A stretch of DNA of 63,633 nucleotides, the filler included, from Pirum gemmata (lineage: Eukaryota): assembly GCA_002812295.1 (NCBI GenBank). It is 6 parts of 6 records of this genome, joined end to end, with 100 filler letters (N's around TTAATTAATTAA, not from the genome) between each part and the next. Parts side by side here need not be neighbours in the genome. Positions count along the whole stretch, not along the records: positions 52,585 to 63,633 come from PDIN01000049.1; 5 more parts are not named here. One strand, given 5' to 3'. The notes beneath the pieces are model-generated. The model was not told where the DNA came from, ran no database searches, and saw only the letters and a list, made by a program, of their open reading frames with translations. Both the position numbers and the translations under genes were made by a program. Below are positions 55,401-63,633 of the stretch, in pieces. How positions within the stretch are numbered: the stretch's first letter is position 1; the number at the start of each line of letters is the position of its first letter.

Positions 55401-57687
55401 TATTAGATAGTGTTTTAAAATTACCACTGTTGATTATAATTATATAGCTTTTATATGTTATATTAAAATATTAATTAATTATAATACTATTATTAATACT
55501 AGTATTATTATAAATTAGCTATATTATAATAGTGTTAAACGTTATTAGTGTTATTAATGTTATTATTAGCTATAGCCTAGGGTTAGTGTTTTGTTTAGCG
55601 TTGGTGTACACATGTTAGAGTTAACTTTAGATTATAATTAGGCTAATATAATTAGGGTTTAATTAAATTAAGTAATATGTAGTGCTTGAAATTATATTAG
55701 GTAGTTCTTTTATAAAAATTTAATTAAGTGTTAAACTGCACATGTTATATTAATATTATATATATCGTATTAATATAATATATTATTATAATATATGGAT
55801 ATCCCTTGGGTTATAATTATTGTTATTATCAATTTTAATTAAGGTTATATTAATAGTTATAGGGTGCACCAAACAAAACCCTACACTATCTTAAAAAATA
55901 AGGGCGTCCTCTAGCTAGATCTATAACTAGTAGTATAACTAGTACTGTTATAACTAACATTAATATAATAAAAAACTCATGAATTTATTTATATAAAATT
56001 TATGTCTATCATTAGAAAAAAGTTTATAAAAAATAATAAAATAAATATTATATTAATACACAACATTTACAATAAATAAATAACTATATTATAAATAAAA
56101 AAGATATTGATAATGGTTGTCCAACGTTTGTTCTCTGAGTAGTTTCTAATAATATTATATTATTATAATAAATATATTATATTATCAGGTGTTTTTTTAA
56201 AATTTGTTCTTTAGTTTTATTTATTGAATTTTATTATTATTAAATTAATTTTTTTTTTTTTTTAGTATCATACCAGTAGGTAAAAGTATCCATCTTTAAC
56301 TATAAGTAATTTATGATACTATTAGTTATACTATTAGTAAATATTACTTATGCTTTACTTATTCTTTTCACCCAGAAAAACTTCACAAAAATCCCAAAAC
56401 TAAAAAATCAACTAATCAAAAAGATTAAAAAAAGATTAAAAAAAGATTTTTTTTTTTTCATTTTTTTTTTTAATATTTAATATTTTTTATAATTTCTTAG
56501 ATAGATGATATACATGTTATTTATTTATAAACAAGATTGAAGTTCATTGAACCAAACTGTCCAAACCGGCACCTTTCCGAAACAAGAAACTTTTGCAAAA
56601 AGCAAAATTATTATTTGGATTTATTTCTTATACATTATATTTATACCAATAATTAATAATAATACTAATTATAATAATATCAATAATAATATAATTATAT
56701 ATATAATAACAATTGATAACAATGATAAAAATAATTAATAATAATAAATTAAACTATATACAATTATAATAATTATTATAATATATTATAATAATACCAA
56801 TAACAATACATAATAATATATAAATGATATTATACTATGTAATATTATAATATATACATTATGTATAAATATTACATAATATTATAATATTGTCATAAAA
56901 ACCCAAGGACAGAAAAGATGATAGAAATTGTACTTTTCGAAATTTTAATGAAACAAGAAAAAATTATTTAATTAAATTGTATTAATATTGTGCTTTTCAT
57001 TTATATTTTGTCACTCCAAATATTTATTTGGTTGGTTATGATATTTAAATTGACTTTTTTAATTAAATGAATAAATAGATAATATTAATACTTGATTTGA
57101 TCGTTAATCGAAATACTAAAATCACTTCGAATATAAATATATCATAATAAATATTAACATAATATTATCCGAAATACTAAAATCACTTCGAATATAATAT
57201 ATATCATAAAAAAATTTTTAATTATAGTTATCCTCTCAATCTTTAATTAATCTGATATGGATACAGTTTTTAAAGTCTATATAATTGAACTTTTTTATAA
57301 AGTATAAAACATGTATGATGAGTGTGATAGCTTATAATGGTAGACTACTAGCTAGACCCCGATCTACGTTTATTTCAATTTTTGAACTGGAAAACACGAT
57401 ATATCTTTTATATACCTGGGGGTCGGGAACGTGTAGATAATTTTTTTTTTTTTTTAAATATATCGTGCTTTTCAGTTGTTTTGTTATCATAAAATTATAC
57501 AGTAAAGAGTACCAAATCAATACAATATAAATCAATTTCATTTAATATGGTATATTTTATTATCCATTTATTCATTTAACAATGTCAATTAAAAAATTAT
57601 AACCAACCAAATAAATATTCGGAGTGACAAAATAAATGAAAAGCGCTATGTATAATAATTATATCTATATTGTATAATTTAATAATG

Positions 57688-57985
57688 TATAGTAAAATAT
57701 TACATGTAACTTTTGTGGAAAGTGAGAGAGGACGTATACTCTTACCACTAGTAGTACTGGACCAACTTTATCAAACAATATTAATATTAATATTAATAAT
57801 ATTATGTATATATATACAAAAGTGTTTTATAATAATAATATAATAGTAAAATATTATATTATTACATGCAACTTTTGTGGAAAGTGAGAGAGGTACGTAC
57901 ACTCTTACCACTAGTAGTACTGGACCAACTTTATCAAACGAAATTAATAATATTATGTATATTATATAATATTATACAAAAGTAT
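57688..57985. repeat. ~175-bp tandem duplication
   Basis: aacttttgtggaaagtgagagagg...ctcttaccactagtagtactggaccaactttatcaaac twice. Confidence 0.85.
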
Positions 57986-59350
57986 TTTTCAGTTGTTTTT
58001 ATAAAATAAACAATAAATAGTACCATAAACAATAAATATTAATACAATATAAATTCATTTAATTTATAAATTAAGTTGGTATTAATATATTTAAAAACGT
58101 CAATGTAAAGAGTATAACCCTCCAAATAAATATACAGAGTGACAAAATAAATGAAAAGTATGATATAATTTGGAATAAAAACATTATAATTAGCTATGTG
58201 TAGCTGTTAGAGTGATAATTAAAAGGTCTATTAGGGCCAGGGCTAGGGTTAGGGTTAACGTTTTTGTAACGTAATACCTGGTCATGGTCATTTCCAAACT
58301 GCGTATACGTATACAACACCAACAAGAACACCAACAACAACACCAACACCATAAATATTATCGATATAACATAAATATTATACTTAAATAATTAATAATT
58401 ATATTGTTATACTTTGTTATTATTAGTATAATTCTAATATTACATACAAAAACTACGCCAGTTTTATAATTGAAAAAGTAATTCTTATTAATATAATAAT
58501 TATTATAAATAAAGGGTTGAGAAAACGTTGAGACTTCAGTGGGTTGTTTTGGGCGGCTTGAATAAAAAAAAAAATATTAGACTATCGATTTAAATTTTAA
58601 TAGACAATTATAGTCTACATGGGTCCGTCTATATGTGTGTTGTAGTTGTTGTGTCCAGTTCAAAAAACTGAAATAAACCTACCAAATTATTATTATGGTT
58701 AAACTAACAGACATTCTTTAATTAATTTGGTATTTTATAACTATTGTTACATTTTATAAACAAGTTCAATTATACACTTAAACAGTACCAATTTAAACAT
58801 TAAGAAGAAGATAACCGTAATACCACAGTGTAATACAGGTGTAATAAAAAAATTAATTATTATCGTTTTTTTTCTAGCTATGATAATAATGTTTTTTTCT
58901 GGGGTATTTTTTTTTTTTTTTCATAACTACTAAAGTACTACTAAAGTTTTTTTTTTTTTAATTATTAAGTTTGATATTTTGTTGTTGACAAAATTAACCA
59001 TAATATAATATACCGAAATGATAATTGGAAAATATATATTTTTAATAATATATATAGTAATTAAAGTTTTAACTAATAGAAATTTTAATTAATATTTAAG
59101 AATTAATATTAATTTTTTAAAAAATAATAATGTAGTAATAGCAAAATACTATATTATACTAAGTAAAATTTATTAATAATACTTAATAATAATAATAATT
59201 TTAATAGTAATTTATATATAGTAATATTAATATCATAAACATTATTAGTTATTTTTAAATATAATAATTATACTTGCATAATTATAATATAGCAATAATA
59301 ATTATAATCTACATTATAATAAATTCATAAAAACAAATTTACAAGCAAAA

Positions 59351-60109
59351 ATGATAATTGGGAGAATACTAGCACATAATAGTACTGCCAACAGTACAAA
59401 TAATAATTCAAAACCATTTCATAATAATAGTAAAACAACAAACCATAACAAAATCCAAACACAACTAAAACGAACTCACTCGATAAAACTATGGGACGGT
59501 GAGAGTTTTAGTACTTGTGAAAGTTTTCAGGATTTTCTGGTAACCGTTTCTTCATCTTCTTTGGAATCGATACATAACTTGGACAATGATGTATCAGACA
59601 ACGGAACCAACAACAATACCGATGATACTAATAACAACAATAACAGTAACTACAACAAACGGAACAACATTAACAATGGAAACTGTTTGTGTAAACAAAA
59701 TAAGAAGCAGCAAGAACAACAACAACATGATTATAATGATCATCATAACCACCATCATAACCACCATCATCATCACCATCATCATAATTTGTTTCGTAGT
59801 CATATTTGCGATAGGATAAAACAAAGAATCAACAGCTGCAGTAATAGTAATAGTAATAGTAATAGTAATATTAATAGTAATAGTAATAATAATAGTAATA
59901 GTAATAGTAAAAGTAATAGTAATAGTAAAAGTAATAGTAATAGTAAAAGTAAAAGTAATAGTAATAGTAATAGTATTTTTTATAATAGTAATAGTAATAT
60001 TAATGATAATAATAGTTATAATACATGTAATAGTAATAGTAATAGTAATAGTAATAGTAATAGTAATAGTAATAGCTATAGTACTAGTAATAGCTATATA
60101 AAGTTATAG
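59351..60109 (+). CDS. Hypothetical Asn/Ser/His-rich low-complexity protein
   Basis: ATG-initiated 252-aa ORF; the first ~150 aa look coding, the rest is (AGTAAT)n microsatellite. Confidence 0.4.
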   Translation: MIIGRILAHNSTANSTNNNSKPFHNNSKTTNHNKIQTQLKRTHSIKLWDGESFSTCESFQDFLVTVSSSSLESIHNLDNDVSDNGTNNNTDDTNNNNNSNYNKRNNINNGNCLCKQNKKQQEQQQHDYNDHHNHHHNHHHHHHHHNLFRSHICDRIKQRINSCSNSNSNSNSNINSNSNNNSNSNSKSNSNSKSNSNSKSKSNSNSNSIFYNSNSNINDNNSYNTCNSNSNSNSNSNSNSNSYSTSNSYIKL

Positions 60110-60429
60110 TAATAGTAATATCCATAGTAATATTCATAGTAATAGTAGTAATCAATATTTAAAATAATAATAATTATATAGTAATAGTACACGACCTTAC
60201 TATTGAAATTGCAATGACAATGACAATTTAGTATTATATATAATTAAAATTATTAATAATTATATTATTTTATTTATGTATTGTATATATAAATAAGTGA
60301 AATGGAAAATAAAACAAACAATTTATTAAAACTCAAACCACATTTTCTCCCTATTTACAATCATAAACTTAATTAATATGATAGAAACCCCAGATTTCTT
60401 ATTACTCTCTAGACTACTAACCAACAAGA

Positions 60430-60930
60430 ACCCTAACTAAACCTTATTGATAACTGGAACTCTACATCTACCCCCCTCGGACCCCAAACCCTTACAATCC
60501 CTAACACCCAACAAGGCAACTTGACCCTAACTATAACCCTCACCCTGATCACCCTCACACTCACCCTAACCCTAGCATTCCCTAACCCTAACCCTAACCT
60601 TAACCCTAACCCTAACCCTAACATTCTCTAATCCTAACCCTAACCTTAACCCTAACCCCAACCTTAACTCTAACTCTAACCCTAACCCTAACCCTAACCC
60701 TAATTGTTATAACCCTAACCCTAACCCTAACCCTAACCTTAAAACCCTAACCCGAACCCTACCATAAGATCAATTATGATTAGGGGGTGCTAGGGATAGG
60801 GAGTGTTAGGGATAGGGAGTGTTAGGGATAGGGAGTGTTAGGGATAGGGAGTGTTAGGGATAGGGAGTGTAGGGATAGTTAGGGTTCTGGGTTAGGGTTA
60901 GGTTTTAATTAAAAGGTTAGGGTAGGGTTA
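60430..60930. repeat. (CCCTAA)n tract followed by a 16-bp minisatellite (tagggatagggagtgt) x5 and TTAGGG units
   Basis: C-strand repeats 60430-60762; G-strand repeats 60780-60930. Confidence 0.85.
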
Positions 60931-62571
60931 TGATAGCTCTAGCTATCATACTAGTAGAGTGCTAGCTAGACTAGCCCAAATTTTGTGGCTTTTTTTGGTA
61001 TAAAGAGTGACTTTTATATAAAAGACTATAAAAGGTAAGAACCAAAAGGAATGCTTTAAAAAACTCTAAAAAAAGAAATAATTAGTATGTCTCAGGCCCT
61101 ACGCAGGCCCTACGGGTTAGGGTTAGGGACCTTAGGGTTAGTTAGGGTTAGGGTTAATTAAGGTTAGGTAGATGAGTCTATGACATTCTATCATTGTGCT
61201 TTTCATTTATTTTGTCATCGTTGTATATTTGTTCGGTAGGTTATAAGCTTTAAATTGATATTTTTAAATGAATTAATAGATAATTAAATGTAGCAAATTA
61301 AATTAAATGGATTTATATTGTATTAATTTGGTACTCTTTATTGTATGAGAACACAACTGAAAAGTACTATAATATTTATTATAATTTTAAATTATTTTAG
61401 TGTATATATAATTTAAAGAATATATATTGTATATAAGTTTGAGGTATTTTTATATTAGATTTTTAGAATATTAATTTGTTAATTGTTCATTGTTGTTTTT
61501 TTTCATTTTCAAAAATATAACAATAATATTTATACACATTTTATAAAATATTAAAATCAATATTATCATAATAAAAAATGAATTTGTAAAACAACTTTAA
61601 ATAAACAAACAATAATTAATCATTATAATTATTATTATAAACAATTAATTAATAACATATATCATAAAATCTTCCAATGATTCATTGACACCAAACACTT
61701 TGGATAACCTCGGGTATTGATTTACGAAATCAGTCAATATTAGCCAATAACTAATTTAAAGTTAAAATTACTTAAACTAGAAATATAATATAAATTAACA
61801 AATGAATTAATTATAATAATATAATAAAACAATCATTTGTTGATCATCACAAATTACTTAATTAGCTTTAAAGCAAATCAAATAATATATACAGCTTAAA
61901 TTCTTAGAAAATAAGAATTATTTCTTTTTTTATATATATCAAAACAAATATTATTGATATCAAAAACTTATCAATAAACCAATAATAATTTAATAATTAA
62001 TACCAAATATTGTAATTATAATTTATATATCATAAAATTAGATTTTGGTTCTTTTTAATTATCAAATTAAAAATATCTACTTTTGTTTTATATATTAACA
62101 AATAATATAAAACAATTTTATTAATTAATGATTTTCAATCATCAAATTATAAATTCATATAAATACCTATATTAATAAATAATACAATATATATATAACA
62201 TATTCATAATATATAATTGTATCTTATTTAAAATATAAAACCGCATAATCATTTATATATTATATTAATAAATAATATAAAATAAATCTTATTATTATTA
62301 TAAATCTTATTATTAAATAATATTAATTGATATTAACTGATTTTTATAATAACAATCATAAGTATTATAAAACAAATCTTGTCATTAATTGATATTATTT
62401 GATTCTTTTATCAATAATCTAACTAATCGATATATATTTATTAAATATATAACATGTCGGTCTTTAAAAATAAACCTCGGTCTCTAAAACAAGTTAAAAA
62501 ATTTATTTGAAATCTAAGAAAATTTTTAATTTTTTTACTCACTCTGCGTTTTAAAACTAATGCATATGGCT

Positions 62572-62685
<114 letters not shown>

Positions 62686-63169
62686 NGTACCGAAGATAAA
62701 TAGGAAAGTAAATAAAAAAGACACCAAATATCTAAACAGGTAAATTTAAGACAGAACCAGCAGACTGAAGCGAAGCCAGCAGACAGCTAGAAGCAAAGAG
62801 AGACACTGGAAAATTATTTGGTATGTTTTTAAAATACGGGGGTATATAGGTACTGAAGATAAATAGGAAAATAAATAAAAAAGACACAAAATATCTAAAC
62901 AGGTAAATTTAAGACTGAAGCGAAGCCAGCAGTTCGAATTGTTATAATTTATTATAGTATTTTGAATTTATATATAGAGCGAACTTGTTTATACTTGAAT
63001 TTTTTTATTTTTTTTTGAATTGGACAAATTAGGGAGGAGAGAGGAATAAGCCGAAGGAGCGGGAAGAGGAAAGAGGATATTATTGGAGGAACTGTAACTC
63101 TATATATAAATTCAAAATACTATATAAAAACAAATATTTTAATTTCTAATCATTTATTTAAATAAATAC

Positions 63170-63440
63170 AACTGGTGTCTGGGACTGGACAATTGGGGTC
63201 TGGGACTGGACAACTGGGGTCTGGGACTGTACAACTGGTGTCTGGGACTGGACAATTGGGGTCTGGGACTGGACAATTGGGGTCTGGGACTGGACAACTG
63301 GGTTCTGGGACTGTACAACTGGGGTCTGGGACTGGACAACTGGGGTCTGGGACTGTACAACCGGGGTCTGGGACTGTACAACTGGGGTCTGGGACTGTAC
63401 AACTGGGGTCTGGGACTGTACAACTGGAGTCTGGAGTCTG
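63170..63440. repeat. 21-bp GC-rich minisatellite (ctggggtctgggactg[g/t]acaa), about 12 units
   Basis: Direct tandem units; explains three overlapping repeat ORFs. Confidence 0.92.
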
Positions 63441-63633
63441 GATTTGGTAGCTGCTACCAATATAAATTATTAATATCGAACAAGTATATTCTTATCGTCA
63501 ACTTGTTTTTAAAGGGTCCTAGCAAGACCCTTGTTATTATAATTTTAAATTATTTTAGTGTATATATAATTTAAAGAATATATATTGTATGTAAGTTTGA
63601 GGTATTTTGATATTAGTTTTTTATAATATTAAT

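Noticed and set aside
63154..63460. Repeat ORFs or a CRISPR-like array
   Set aside because: Contiguous 21-bp units with no unique spacers; a minisatellite in eukaryotic DNA with no cas genes.

Overview
Very AT-rich eukaryotic DNA made of six unrelated assembly pieces (1-9695, 9796-20116, 20217-29877, 29978-42850, 42951-52484, 52585-63633) joined by artificial 100-nt N/TTAATTAATTAA/N linkers, so adjacency across linkers means nothing. TTAGGG repeats, a Raf kinase, a protist-type vinculin/alpha-catenin and the rDNA suggest a holozoan, probably unicellular (ichthyosporean-like; this is inference). Content: a minus-strand rDNA unit (28S, 5.8S, truncated 18S); partial spliced genes (Raf, vinculin/alpha-catenin, K+ channel pore exons, a DUF4954-like first exon, an OCA2/P-protein-like transporter, a CBM1-GH45B cellulase, a possible PIP5K C-terminus); a decayed Tx1/L1 LINE; at least five MITE-like families; and many interstitial telomeric tracts. 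Best leads: (1) a phase-compatible exon chain that would fuse a K+ channel pore to an N-truncated vinculin, which may be a misassembly; (2) inverted and tandem copies of the Raf 3' coding end beside the gene, able to form hairpin RNA; (3) pervasive 'TAGCTAG/TATCGATA/TATCATA' patches that parse as iterated TA-x-TA transposon excision footprints. All protein and family assignments are by eye from remembered motifs; no searches were run.
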